A stretch of 32,000 nt of DNA. It comes from Nostoc sp. PCC 7120 = FACHB-418. Lineage in GTDB: Bacteria; Cyanobacteriota; Cyanobacteriia; Cyanobacteriales; Nostocaceae. Both the position numbers and the translations under genes were made by a program. The stretch lies in NCBI RefSeq assembly GCF_000009705.1, contig NC_003272.1:2010001-2042000 (forward strand), given 5' to 3'. Below, in pieces: positions 1-8,666 of this stretch. A model generated the notes under the pieces. That model made no database searches, had not been told where the DNA came from, and saw only the letters and a list, made by a program, of their open reading frames with translations. How positions within the stretch are numbered: the stretch's first letter is position 1; the number at the start of each line of letters is the position of its first letter.

Positions 1-101
1 GATGAAGGCTTGAGCCACAAATCCTTGTTGCGAACTGTACGCCAGAAACTAACTACTGTGCGAGAATACAACTCGCCAGATGCACTAGCTAAATCACTCA
101 T
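1..101 (-). CDS. Possible 5' end of an IS605-type tnpB (OrfB) gene, divergent from tnpA; runs off the window
   Basis: A minus-strand ATG at 101..99 opens the frame MSDLASASGELYSRTVVSFWRTVRNKDLWLKPSS..., which stays open to position 1. A divergent tnpA/tnpB layout is the IS605 arrangement. The fragment is too short for a real family assignment. Confidence 0.3.
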   Translation of the reverse strand, partial: MSDLASASGELYSRTVVSFWRTVRNKDLWLKPS

Positions 102-186
102 TTGTTGAGTGTTACCAATTTTTAGTTTTCTAACTGTATATTCACCCATAAAAAGATTATACAGCATAAGGCTATATAATTATTGC

Positions 187-585
187 ATGAGGCGAAAATA
201 TAAATTTAACAACAATGTAGTCTACTCTTGTAAATACCATATAGTTTGGACTCCCAAGTACAGACGCAAGGTATTAAAAGATGGTGTTGATACACGGCTA
301 AAAGAACTGTTACAACAAATAGCAGCAGAAATTCAGGTTGAGATTTTGGAAATGGAGGTAGTAGAGGATCATGTCCACCTACTGATTGAGGTTGACCCGC
401 AATTTGGTGTCCACAAGGCAATTAAACGGTTTAAAGGCGCAACGTCTCGTTACCTACGCTTAGAGTTTCCACACCTGAAACAAAGACTACCTACGCTGTG
501 GACTAATTCTTACTTTGTCTCTACAGTCGGGGGCGCACCACTGGAGGCGGTTAAGGAGTACATTCAAAATCAGAAAAATACTTGA
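187..585 (+). CDS. tnpA: IS200/IS605-family Y1 (HUH) transposase TnpA
   Basis: ORF 109..585 trimmed to its first ATG (187; position 109 is GTG). It has the N-terminal YHIVWTPKYRRK block, an HUH motif in EDHVHLLIE, and the catalytic Tyr context NSYFVSTVGG. The ~132-aa size is typical of the family. Confidence 0.9.
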   Translation: MRRKYKFNNNVVYSCKYHIVWTPKYRRKVLKDGVDTRLKELLQQIAAEIQVEILEMEVVEDHVHLLIEVDPQFGVHKAIKRFKGATSRYLRLEFPHLKQRLPTLWTNSYFVSTVGGAPLEAVKEYIQNQKNT

Positions 586-676
586 CGGCGATTTTAATCG
601 CCTAGCAGCTTGCGCCGCATTGATTATCGGTCAGTGGTTAGTTGTCAGTTGTCAAAAGTGATTCTCTCTTACACCC

Positions 677-1588
677 CTACACCCCTGACACTTCTACCCT
701 TCTAATAATTCCCCTGTCAAAAATACGGTTATTAGTAGCGATCGCATTTAGTTCTATCCTATCTGGATAAACTTCATAGGTAGCAAAACTTAAATCACTG
801 GTAGAGTATTCTGTCCATTTTGAACGCCCTACAGGACGATTACCCGCACCAGCACCACAAGTTAAATAGGTTGTTCCGTCAATAGCACGAGTGCGTTCAT
901 AACTGTGTTCGTGTCCGTTGATATAAAGCTGGACTCCGTATTTCTGAAATAGTGGTGTGAAAGTTTTAATAAAAGCTTGATTACTGCCGTAGACCCCCGA
1001 TGAATAAATGGGATGATGCCCAAATACTACTTTCCACGGGGCATTACTACTGCTTAATTCTTTTTCTAACCAAGTTAACTGATTTTGCCAATCGGCATTA
1101 CTGTTAGTATCTAAAGCGAAAAATTGTACGCGATCGCGGCGAAATGTATAATATCGCCGTCCGTTCATATTAAAACCGGGATAGCGGACTTGCGGATCAC
1201 CATTATCAGTACGAATATCGTGATTACCTAAACAAGCCTGAAATTTCACTCCTTGTTTGAGCAAATCTTGATAGGGACGCTCAAAAACTGCGTTCACTTT
1301 TTCAATTTCACCATTATTGTAAATATTATCGCCAGCTAAAACTACTAAATCATAGGGATTTTGCTTGTGGTAAAGCGTCATTGCCCTAGCCACAGCATAT
1401 TGTCCTCTTGCCCCAGTTCCCGTGTCAGCCACCGACACAAAACGTAAAAGTAAATCTTTTTTGGGTGGTGAGGCGATCGCCAAATCACTACTTTGGTAAT
1501 ATTTATGGGCGAATTTCCAGGCTAATAATCCAGTTCCAACAGCGCTGAGACTACTTAAAAATAAAAATTGACGGCGTTTGAGATTCAT
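677..1588 (-). CDS. Tat-exported calcineurin-like metallophosphoesterase (purple-acid-phosphatase-like)
   Basis: 303-aa ORF with an ATG start. The twin-arginine leader is MNLKRRQFLFLSSLSAVG. Metallophosphoesterase blocks are present: VSVADTG, GDNIY, GNHD, VVFGHHP, GHEH. Confidence 0.85.
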   Translation of the reverse strand: MNLKRRQFLFLSSLSAVGTGLLAWKFAHKYYQSSDLAIASPPKKDLLLRFVSVADTGTGARGQYAVARAMTLYHKQNPYDLVVLAGDNIYNNGEIEKVNAVFERPYQDLLKQGVKFQACLGNHDIRTDNGDPQVRYPGFNMNGRRYYTFRRDRVQFFALDTNSNADWQNQLTWLEKELSSSNAPWKVVFGHHPIYSSGVYGSNQAFIKTFTPLFQKYGVQLYINGHEHSYERTRAIDGTTYLTCGAGAGNRPVGRSKWTEYSTSDLSFATYEVYPDRIELNAIATNNRIFDRGIIRRVEVSGV

Positions 1589-1720
1589 AAATCACCAAAT
1601 TAATCAATAGCCAAATTAGCCGAAGCCATTACCCATGAAATGATACATTAGGGCAAAAGAGAAACAAGCAAAAAGATGCAGCTAGTTTGTCTTTGATTTG
1701 TTGGTTTTGGTAAAAGTTCC

Positions 1721-2605
1721 ATGTCACAAGACAATCTTCCCGAACAACCCAATCAACCGGAACCGACAGTTACGCCGGCCAATCAACCCCGCCAGAGGAG
1801 AGTCCCGCAGCCTCTTTGGAAGGCAGCAATTATCGGATTTCTGCGAGGTACAATTGGGATTTTAGAAACTACTGTAGAGAAACTGGAAACAGCACCGCCG
1901 CCGGGTACGGAAGCAACTCCCAGTTTTTTACAACAGCTAGAGTCCAGATGGGGTAGGTTTTTACTGAAAAGCCGTGCTTTTATCCCATCTAATTTATCAA
2001 CCAAATTATCAGATACTGCATTGACGGGGATTATTGCTAGTATCGCTGTAGTTTTAGTGTGGACAACTACCAGTATTTTCTCTAACAAACCTACAGAAGT
2101 AGCAACACTTCCCCCTGTTGAGGAAGTTCCCACACCAACACCCACAATTTCTGCTCCACCAGAGCCAAGCTTACCAGAACCACCACCAACAGCAGAAATA
2201 ACTCCGGAACCAGAAACACAAATTCAGCCACCAGAACCAGAACCTACACCAGAACCTGAAGCCACTCCTACACCAACACCACCAATACAATTAACCCCAG
2301 AACAAACCTTGATTGCAGCCATCGAAAATCAAGTGGCAGAAATTAGCAATCAAATCGCTTCTGGCATCATAAAATCAATTCAAGCCAATTTCCGCACCAG
2401 CAATTTGACCGTAAAAATCAATGACGATTGGTACACACTCAAAGAATCAGAGCAGAACCAAATAGCATCCCAAATCCTACAGCGTTCTCAAGAATTAGAT
2501 TTTTCCCACTTAGAAATGGTTGATTCTCAAGATAAGTTAATAGCTCGTAACCCAGTTATTGGTAACGAAATGATTATTTTTCAACGACGGGTCGTCGGTC
2601 AGTAG
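1721..2605 (+). CDS. Hypothetical membrane-anchored protein with a Pro/Thr/Glu-rich linker
   Basis: 294-aa ORF with an ATG start. It has one hydrophobic segment (LTGIIASIAVVLVWTTTSIF), then low-complexity PEPEPTPEPEATPTPTPP, then a structured C-terminal part. I recognise no family. Confidence 0.6.
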   Translation: MSQDNLPEQPNQPEPTVTPANQPRQRRVPQPLWKAAIIGFLRGTIGILETTVEKLETAPPPGTEATPSFLQQLESRWGRFLLKSRAFIPSNLSTKLSDTALTGIIASIAVVLVWTTTSIFSNKPTEVATLPPVEEVPTPTPTISAPPEPSLPEPPPTAEITPEPETQIQPPEPEPTPEPEATPTPTPPIQLTPEQTLIAAIENQVAEISNQIASGIIKSIQANFRTSNLTVKINDDWYTLKESEQNQIASQILQRSQELDFSHLEMVDSQDKLIARNPVIGNEMIIFQRRVVGQ

Positions 2606-2626
2606 AGACTTGTATGCAAAGTCTCT
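2604..2626. terminator. Hairpin shared by two convergent genes (candidate bidirectional terminator)
   Basis: AGAGACTT (2604..2611) pairs with AAGTCTCT (2619..2626) across a 7-nt loop. The hairpin overlaps both stop codons (2603..2605 and 2625..2627). There is no clear U-tract. Confidence 0.4.
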
Positions 2627-4655
2627 AGGCCCTAATTTCTTGATATGGTATCCACACGGTGAAAATTGAGCCAATACCTACAGTGGATTCAACTTCAATG
2701 CGTCCTCGGTGCAGTTCTACCAATTGCTTAGTTAAAGCTAAACCTAATCCTGTGCCTTCGTAGCGGCGGCGATAGGGTGTATCAAGTTGCTGGAATTTTT
2801 CAAATAATAACGGTAATTGTTCTTCAGGAATACCAATACCTGTATCTTCTACTTGAAATATAGAGGTATCTTCTTCTACCCAAATCCGTAAGGTGACATT
2901 GCCACCCTCTGGGGTAAATTTAATGGCGTTAGTTAATAAATTCCAAAGGATCTGTTCTATTCGTGCAGCATCGGCAGTGAAGCGATCGCGTCTAGGATCT
3001 ATTTGTAAATCCAGTTTGAGATTGACTTGTTCTGATAAAGCTTTTTCTAGTAGAGATTCTATAGTATTTTCTGCTATTTTGACTAAAGAAAATTCGGCAA
3101 TATTTAAAACGGTTTTTCCCGCCTCAATTTGTGATAAATCGAGGATGTCATTGATCATGTCTAACAAATGTTCACCACTGTCGTGGATTGTTTGTAAATA
3201 ATCTCTTTGCCGTTGACTCAACTCACCCAAAGGCCAACGTAATAAAGTAGAAGACATCCCGATGACGTAAGTTAAAGGTGTGAGTAATTCATGACTAATG
3301 GTGGCGAGAAATTCACTTCTGAGGCGACTAGCAGCCTCCGCCGCCAAGAGGGCATCGCGCAAAGCCATTGTGCGCTCAATCACACGCTGCTCTAGGGTTT
3401 GTTTTTCTTGCGTGAGCCTTTGGGCAGAATCTTGCAGAGATCGCATTAATTCTGATTGATGAATGGCGATCGCTAATTGTTCGGCAATGGAAATGAGTAA
3501 ATTCTTATCACTATCATGCCACTGGCGGGGATTATAGCACTGATGGGCAATTAATAAGCCCCAAAGTTTATCTTCAAAAATAATCGGTGCTGCTAACTTT
3601 GCTCTAACTTGGCTTTCCCTTAGAAAATTCAACAAACATTCTTCTAAGGCATAAGCTGTTTCAATATCATCGATAACTAAGGTAAATCCTTGACGATATT
3701 TATCCCAACATTGAGAATGACGACTGAAGCAAGTTTGTTCTTGATAATCTAATACTGATGGGATGATATCTGTGGCACGAGCTTCATAAACTATACAACC
3801 ACCGTAATTTTGCCAGTCTTGCAGGCGGGGTGACCTTGTGTTTTGCGTGTTGACTCCAGAACCCTCAAATTTATATATTACTAACCTGTCTAATTCTAGA
3901 AACTCCCGTACTTGTGCGATCGCTGTTGCCATAATTACTGGCAAATCTAGGCTTTTGCGAATCTGGGTGGTAACTTGATTTAACAGTCGCTCTTGGGAAA
4001 TCTGCTTTTTGAGAGCATCTTCGACTGCTTGACAAGAATACACTTCTTCAGAATTATTTACACTGGCGGAAGTTGTTACCGACTCATTTTGCTTAGGCAA
4101 AAGATGTTCTAATAACAACAAAGTAAATTGACTTTGGAGTGTAGCATCATTAGGTTTTAAAATTTGCCGATAGCGTTCAAGATGCTGGTGAGTATAGGAA
4201 TCATCCCCAAACAAGTCTCTCAATTTTGCCAGGAAGGAAGCGATCGCCTCTGAATTAAATGTCAACCTAGTATTAAGCTCTGTTAGCGTTAGTGTGGGTT
4301 GAGCAGCCTGTGGAATACTGGAAGTTGAGTATATTTCTGGCTTTTGTGTTTCTCTATCTCCAGTAGCGCTTTGATTCAATGGGGAAGGCATAGCAAGAAC
4401 CCAACTTTCCGACTCTGGTACTTCTTGTTGCTTCCCGTTTCCCAGCAAAAGCGCGCTAAATCCTTCAGAAACCACCAAAGTAAACCTCTGACCGTGCCAC
4501 TCCATCGGCACGAGAACCCGTGATAACAAGGATTCAGTGAGTAACAAAGTACTAGTTTCTACCGATTGAGCCATCTGCTGCAACAATTCTCCGAGTTGAT
4601 TGAATACAACTAAAGGCAAATTTCGAGAAAAGCTCAAATCAGGAGAACTCAGCAT
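2625..4655 (-). CDS. GAF-domain sensor histidine kinase
   Basis: 676-aa ORF. It has an H-box SHELLTPLT, an N-box NLLTNAIKFT, G1 DTGIGI and G2 GTGLGL. The central region is GAF-like (LDRLVIYKF...LLIAHQC). The ~200-aa N-terminal sensor part is unassigned. Confidence 0.85.
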   Translation of the reverse strand: MLSSPDLSFSRNLPLVVFNQLGELLQQMAQSVETSTLLLTESLLSRVLVPMEWHGQRFTLVVSEGFSALLLGNGKQQEVPESESWVLAMPSPLNQSATGDRETQKPEIYSTSSIPQAAQPTLTLTELNTRLTFNSEAIASFLAKLRDLFGDDSYTHQHLERYRQILKPNDATLQSQFTLLLLEHLLPKQNESVTTSASVNNSEEVYSCQAVEDALKKQISQERLLNQVTTQIRKSLDLPVIMATAIAQVREFLELDRLVIYKFEGSGVNTQNTRSPRLQDWQNYGGCIVYEARATDIIPSVLDYQEQTCFSRHSQCWDKYRQGFTLVIDDIETAYALEECLLNFLRESQVRAKLAAPIIFEDKLWGLLIAHQCYNPRQWHDSDKNLLISIAEQLAIAIHQSELMRSLQDSAQRLTQEKQTLEQRVIERTMALRDALLAAEAASRLRSEFLATISHELLTPLTYVIGMSSTLLRWPLGELSQRQRDYLQTIHDSGEHLLDMINDILDLSQIEAGKTVLNIAEFSLVKIAENTIESLLEKALSEQVNLKLDLQIDPRRDRFTADAARIEQILWNLLTNAIKFTPEGGNVTLRIWVEEDTSIFQVEDTGIGIPEEQLPLLFEKFQQLDTPYRRRYEGTGLGLALTKQLVELHRGRIEVESTVGIGSIFTVWIPYQEIRA

Positions 4656-4739
4656 TTTCGATAGTCTGGTAAGAGGGGCTGGGCTGACAAATGTATTGAT
4701 TATGTTCTAACCAACAGTTTAAAGCGGTAATAAAGGATT

Positions 4740-7700
4740 ATGCATCGTATAAGTACCACATCGGTAGGATGGAATCAGTCAGAGGGTGTAATTTTTCTGG
4801 AACAAACCCCAGCGCCCTTTGTGTTGATTACGGCTGCTGATACCGATATTCAAACCTTGGCAGCCGCAGTCCCCAAATTACCTGCTACATTTCCGGCAAT
4901 CAGAGTAGCTAACTTGTTGCTATTGCAACAACAAATAAGTATAGATACTTATGCCGAACAAGTTTTAGAACTTGCCCAGGTAATTATTTTGCGCCTACTA
5001 GGGGGACGTTCCTATTGGGCGTATGGTTTAGAAGTTGTCCAAGAAATCGTGGAACGCACTGGTATAACCCTAATTGTAATGCCTGGGGACGATGCTCTCG
5101 ATCCTGAATTGATCTCCCAGTCTACCGCGCCTGTAGGTACTGTTAACCAAATATGGCAGTATTTTTATGAAGGTGGTGTAGAAAATATTGTTAACGCTCT
5201 ACAACTTATTTCAGATGTATCTTTAAAAACTACATATAAGCCCCCAGCGCCACAAAGGGTTCCTCGTGTTGGGTTGTATGAATGGGGAATGGGGACAAAT
5301 AGACAAGGAGACAAAGGTAACGAAGTAGAATTTTCTCCCACATCTTCCCAATCCCTAATCCCCAAAGTAGGGATTCTTTTCTACCGCGCCCACTATTTGG
5401 CGGGAAATATTCAGGTGATTGATGCGTTGTGTGCGGCTTTGTGGCAGAGAAATTTACAGCCTGTGCCGGTGTTTATTTCTTCTTTGCGTGATCCTGATGT
5501 GCAAGCAGAGTTGATTGATTTTTTTCAGCCTAAAGATTCCCAACAAATTTCACTTTTACTTAACACTACAAGCTTTTCATTAGCCCGTTTAGAAACTGAA
5601 GCACCCCAAACCGAACTTTGGGAAAAATTAGATGTCCCAGTTTTACAAGTGATTCTCAGTGGCGGATTTGTCGAACAATGGGAAGCACAGTTAAACGGAC
5701 TTTCTCCCCGTGATATTGCGATGAACGTCGCCTTACCGGAAGTAGATGGCAGAATTATTAGCCGGGCTGTCTCATTTAAGGCAATACAAACTCGCAATCC
5801 CGATTTAGAAACAGATGTGGTAGTTTACGAACCAATAAGCGATCGCATCGACTTTGTAGCCCAACTCGCAGCAAATTGGGTACACCTCCGTTCCCAACCG
5901 CCCCAACAGCGCCGCATTGCTCTAATTTTGGCAAACTACCCCAACCGCGACGGCCGCCTAGCTAATGGTGTGGGGCTAGACACGCCAGAAAGTTGTGTAG
6001 AAATCCTCAAAGCTTTACAGCAATCTGGGTATGTCGTGTCAAACCTACCCGCCAATGGCGACGAATTAATTCAACTGCTCACGGCTGGTGTAACCAATGA
6101 CCCAGAAGGCAGAGAAATACGCCCAGTACAGCAAAGCTTATCTAGTGAGGAATATCAAGAGTATTTTGCTGGTTTACCAGCAACAGTGCAGCAGGGTATT
6201 AATGAGCGTTGGGGTAGGGATTGGGGACTAGGAGAACAAGCCAGTAATTTTCCCTCGTCTTCTTGTCCCATTCCTGGTATCCAGTTCGGCAATGTCTTCG
6301 TAGGCATCCAGCCATCACGGGGTTATGATATTGACCCCAACTTGAATTATCATGCGCCAGATTTAGAACCGACCCATGCTTATTTAGCTTTTTATTATTG
6401 GGTGAGAGAATCTTTTGGTGCTGATGCTGTTGTTCATGTGGGAAAACATGGCAACTTAGAATGGCTCCCTGGTAAAAGCTTGGCTTTATCTAGTAATTGC
6501 TATCCAGAAGCAGTTTTTGGCCCTATGCCTCACCTATACCCATTTATTGTCAATGACCCTGGTGAAGGTTCCCAAGCCAAGCGTCGCGCTCAGGCGGTGA
6601 TTATAGACCATCTTACGCCCCCAATGACCCGCGCTGAACTATACGGCGCTTTGCAAAAGCTGGAAAATTTAGTTGATGAGTATTACGAAGCAGAAAGTTT
6701 AGATCCTTCCCGCTTGGGAGTAATCCGCGATCGCATTCGTGATTTAGTCATCCAAGAAAATCTTTACAAAGATTTAGGTATTGAAAAGGAAGAAGATATC
6801 GTCAATTTTGAATCTCTGATTTTGAACTCCTTAGATGGGTATCTCTGCGAATTGAAGGAAGCCCAAATCAGAGACGGCTTGCACATTTTTGGGCAATGTC
6901 CCCAAGGACGACAACTCAGGGATTTAATAGTAGCGATCGCTCGCATCCCCAACCGCTACTCTACAGGTATCACCAGAGCCTTAGCCAACGTTTGGGGCTT
7001 AGACTTCGACCCCCTCACAGACAACTTCAGCACCCCATTATCAACACAAGACCAAAAACTGTTAGCCGCAAAAACCCCAAATCCCTGTCGCACAGTCGGC
7101 GATGCCGTCACAGCCCTAGAAGAACACGCCGCCCTATTAGTAGAACAACTAATCAATCCCCCCACTGCTCCCGAAGTTCGCCCGGAGGGAAACCCTCCTT
7201 GCGACTTCTCTTCCTGCCCCCTGCCCTCCTCCTCATCTCCCCCTGCCCCACTTAACACAGTCCTCAACTGGATCAAATCCAAACTCCTCCCATCCCTTCA
7301 ACAAACCCACGCAGAAATTACCAACCTCCTACATGGGCTAGATGGAGGATATATACCCAGTGCAGCTTCTGGCGCACCCACAAGGGGCAGACCTGAAGTT
7401 TTGCCTACAGGGAGAAACTTTTATGCTGTTGATATACGCGCCATCCCCACAGAAACTGCTTGGGATATTGGTAGAAAAGCAGCAGAAAACTTGGTTGAAT
7501 GTTACACCCAGGAGCATGGCGAGTATCCCAAAACACTAGGCTTATCTGTATGGGGAACTGCAACGATGCGGACTGGTGGCGATGATATAGCCGAAGCTTT
7601 GGCTTTATTAGGCGTACAACCAGTATGGGACGGTGCAGCACGACGGGTTGTTGATTTAGATATACTGCCCTTAAGCATCTTAGGTAGACCTCGTGTCGAT

Positions 7701-8648
7701 GTCACCTTACGCATTTCCGGCTTCTTCCGTGACGCTTTCCCCAATTTAATGGATTTATTCGAGCAAGCTGTCAACGCAGTTGCGGCTCTGGATGAACCCC
7801 CAGAACAAAACCCCCTAGCCGCCCAAATCCGCCAAGACACCGATTTTTGGATACAACAAGGCTTAACTCCAGAAACAGCCTTTGAGCGATCGCGCTATCG
7901 CCTTTTTGGTTCTAAACCAGGTGCTTACGGAGCCGGACTCCAAGGCCTAATCGAATCACAAAACTGGCAAAACGACCAAGACCTAGCCAACGCCTATATC
8001 AACTGGAGCTGTTACGCCTATTCTTCAGGCAAAAGTCAAGAAGCAGGGACAGAAATTAATCCCCCATCCCCAATCCCCTCTCCCGAAGCTTTTACTCAAC
8101 GTTTAGGACAGATGCAAATTGTCCTGCAAAATCAAGACAACCGCGAACACGACTTGCTTGATTCGGACGACTATTATCAATTTCAAGGTGGTTTAACGGC
8201 TGCGATACGTTCCCTACAAGGGAAAAATCCCGAAACATATTTTGGTGATAATTCCATTCCATCCCAACCGCGTGTCCGCCAACTGCGAGAAGAAATTGCC
8301 AGAGTGTATCGTTCTCGTGTGGTTAATCCTAAGTGGATTGAGGGAATGATGCGCCACGGGTATAAAGGTGCATTTGAAATGGCAGCCACCGTAGATTTTC
8401 TCTTTGCCTATGATGCCACTACCAGATGTGTAGAAGACTATATGTATCAAGGTGTTATGCAGGCCTACTTGCTTGATCCAGTAGTTTGCACGTATATTGA
8501 GAATAAAAATCCCCATGCACTGCGTGATATTGCTGAAAGACTATTAGAGGCAAACCAACGCGGTTTATGGGAAAATGTGAATATAGAAACACTTGAAAAC
8601 TTGCGTAATTTAGTACATCAAGCTGAAGCAACCATCGAAGCAAAATAA
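4740..8648 (+). CDS. cobN: Cobaltochelatase large subunit CobN
   Basis: 1302-aa ORF with CobN/Mg-chelatase-H family blocks (HVGKHGNLEWLPGK, LPTGRNFYAVD, WGTATMRTGGDD, GAYGAGLQ). I call it CobN rather than ChlH from the N-terminal pattern (VLITAADTDIQTLA) as I recall it for cyanobacterial CobN. This was not verified by a search. Confidence 0.8.
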   Translation: MHRISTTSVGWNQSEGVIFLEQTPAPFVLITAADTDIQTLAAAVPKLPATFPAIRVANLLLLQQQISIDTYAEQVLELAQVIILRLLGGRSYWAYGLEVVQEIVERTGITLIVMPGDDALDPELISQSTAPVGTVNQIWQYFYEGGVENIVNALQLISDVSLKTTYKPPAPQRVPRVGLYEWGMGTNRQGDKGNEVEFSPTSSQSLIPKVGILFYRAHYLAGNIQVIDALCAALWQRNLQPVPVFISSLRDPDVQAELIDFFQPKDSQQISLLLNTTSFSLARLETEAPQTELWEKLDVPVLQVILSGGFVEQWEAQLNGLSPRDIAMNVALPEVDGRIISRAVSFKAIQTRNPDLETDVVVYEPISDRIDFVAQLAANWVHLRSQPPQQRRIALILANYPNRDGRLANGVGLDTPESCVEILKALQQSGYVVSNLPANGDELIQLLTAGVTNDPEGREIRPVQQSLSSEEYQEYFAGLPATVQQGINERWGRDWGLGEQASNFPSSSCPIPGIQFGNVFVGIQPSRGYDIDPNLNYHAPDLEPTHAYLAFYYWVRESFGADAVVHVGKHGNLEWLPGKSLALSSNCYPEAVFGPMPHLYPFIVNDPGEGSQAKRRAQAVIIDHLTPPMTRAELYGALQKLENLVDEYYEAESLDPSRLGVIRDRIRDLVIQENLYKDLGIEKEEDIVNFESLILNSLDGYLCELKEAQIRDGLHIFGQCPQGRQLRDLIVAIARIPNRYSTGITRALANVWGLDFDPLTDNFSTPLSTQDQKLLAAKTPNPCRTVGDAVTALEEHAALLVEQLINPPTAPEVRPEGNPPCDFSSCPLPSSSSPPAPLNTVLNWIKSKLLPSLQQTHAEITNLLHGLDGGYIPSAASGAPTRGRPEVLPTGRNFYAVDIRAIPTETAWDIGRKAAENLVECYTQEHGEYPKTLGLSVWGTATMRTGGDDIAEALALLGVQPVWDGAARRVVDLDILPLSILGRPRVDVTLRISGFFRDAFPNLMDLFEQAVNAVAALDEPPEQNPLAAQIRQDTDFWIQQGLTPETAFERSRYRLFGSKPGAYGAGLQGLIESQNWQNDQDLANAYINWSCYAYSSGKSQEAGTEINPPSPIPSPEAFTQRLGQMQIVLQNQDNREHDLLDSDDYYQFQGGLTAAIRSLQGKNPETYFGDNSIPSQPRVRQLREEIARVYRSRVVNPKWIEGMMRHGYKGAFEMAATVDFLFAYDATTRCVEDYMYQGVMQAYLLDPVVCTYIENKNPHALRDIAERLLEANQRGLWENVNIETLENLRNLVHQAEATIEAK
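5283..5364 (+). repeat. In-frame STRR-like inverted repeat insertion inside cobN (no. 1)
   Basis: TGGGGAATGGGGA ... TCCCAATCCCTAATCCCCA encodes the low-complexity peptide WGMGTNRQGDKGNEVEFSPTSSQSLIPK. It has the same G-run/C-run heptamer style as the intergenic element at 30262..30373. Confidence 0.55.
6211..6269 (+). repeat. In-frame STRR-like insertion inside cobN (no. 2)
   Basis: GGGGTAGGGATTGGGGACTAGGAG ... TTTTCCCTCGTCTTCTTGTCCC encodes GRDWGLGEQASNFPSSSCP. Compare GGGGAGTAGGGGGACTGGGGAG at about 30296. Confidence 0.5.
7184..7249 (+). repeat. In-frame C-run repeat insertion inside cobN (no. 3)
   Basis: GGAGGGAAACCCTCC...CTGCCCCCTGCCCTCCTCCTCATCTCCCCCTGCCCC encodes EGNPPCDFSSCPLPSSSSPPAP. 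It resembles the complement of the GGGGCAGGGAAG-type repeats at 30262..30300. Confidence 0.5.
8058..8084 (+). repeat. In-frame CCCCAAT-type heptamer tract inside cobN (no. 4)
   Basis: AATCCCCCATCCCCAATCCCCTCTCCC encodes NPPSPIPSP. Confidence 0.45.
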
Positions 8649-8666
8649 ATGGTGTAGGAAACAAAT

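Larger units (their letters stand above)
1..603. mobile_element. IS200/IS605-family insertion sequence (partial; right boundary approximate, left part outside the window)
   Basis: tnpA plus the divergent partial ORF. A perfect hairpin GGCGAT-TTTA-ATCGCC at 587..602 lies directly after the tnpA stop, consistent with the subterminal hairpins recognised by Y1 transposases. The exact ends cannot be determined from this window. Confidence 0.55.

Noticed and set aside
109-186. N-terminal extension of the tnpA ORF (MLPIFSFLTVYSPIKRLYSIRLYNYC).
   Set aside because: It starts at GTG, is not part of the conserved Y1 transposase fold, and the first ATG at 187 gives a canonical-length protein.
1783-2145. 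120-aa minus-strand ORF inside the Pro-rich membrane protein gene.
   Set aside because: It is an antisense shadow of a Pro/Thr/Glu-rich coding stretch, and the forward ORF is longer and coherent.
4656-4739. Possible cobalamin riboswitch upstream of cobN.
   Set aside because: The spacer is only 84 bp and is shared with the divergent kinase gene. It is too short for a B12 aptamer, and no B12-box-like sequence was seen.
6764-7840. Several 60-120-aa ORFs overlapping cobN on both strands (e.g. 6896..7255 +, 6956..7282 -, 7502..7840 -).
   Set aside because: They are off-frame or antisense shadows of a long, well-supported CobN ORF. They are Arg/Pro/Ser-rich with low complexity, largely generated by the C-run repeat insertion.
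4740-8648. Alternative call as Mg-chelatase ChlH.
   Set aside because: The N-terminal region and overall pattern look like CobN rather than ChlH as I remember them. This is kept as cobN, but only an HMM or phylogeny can settle it.
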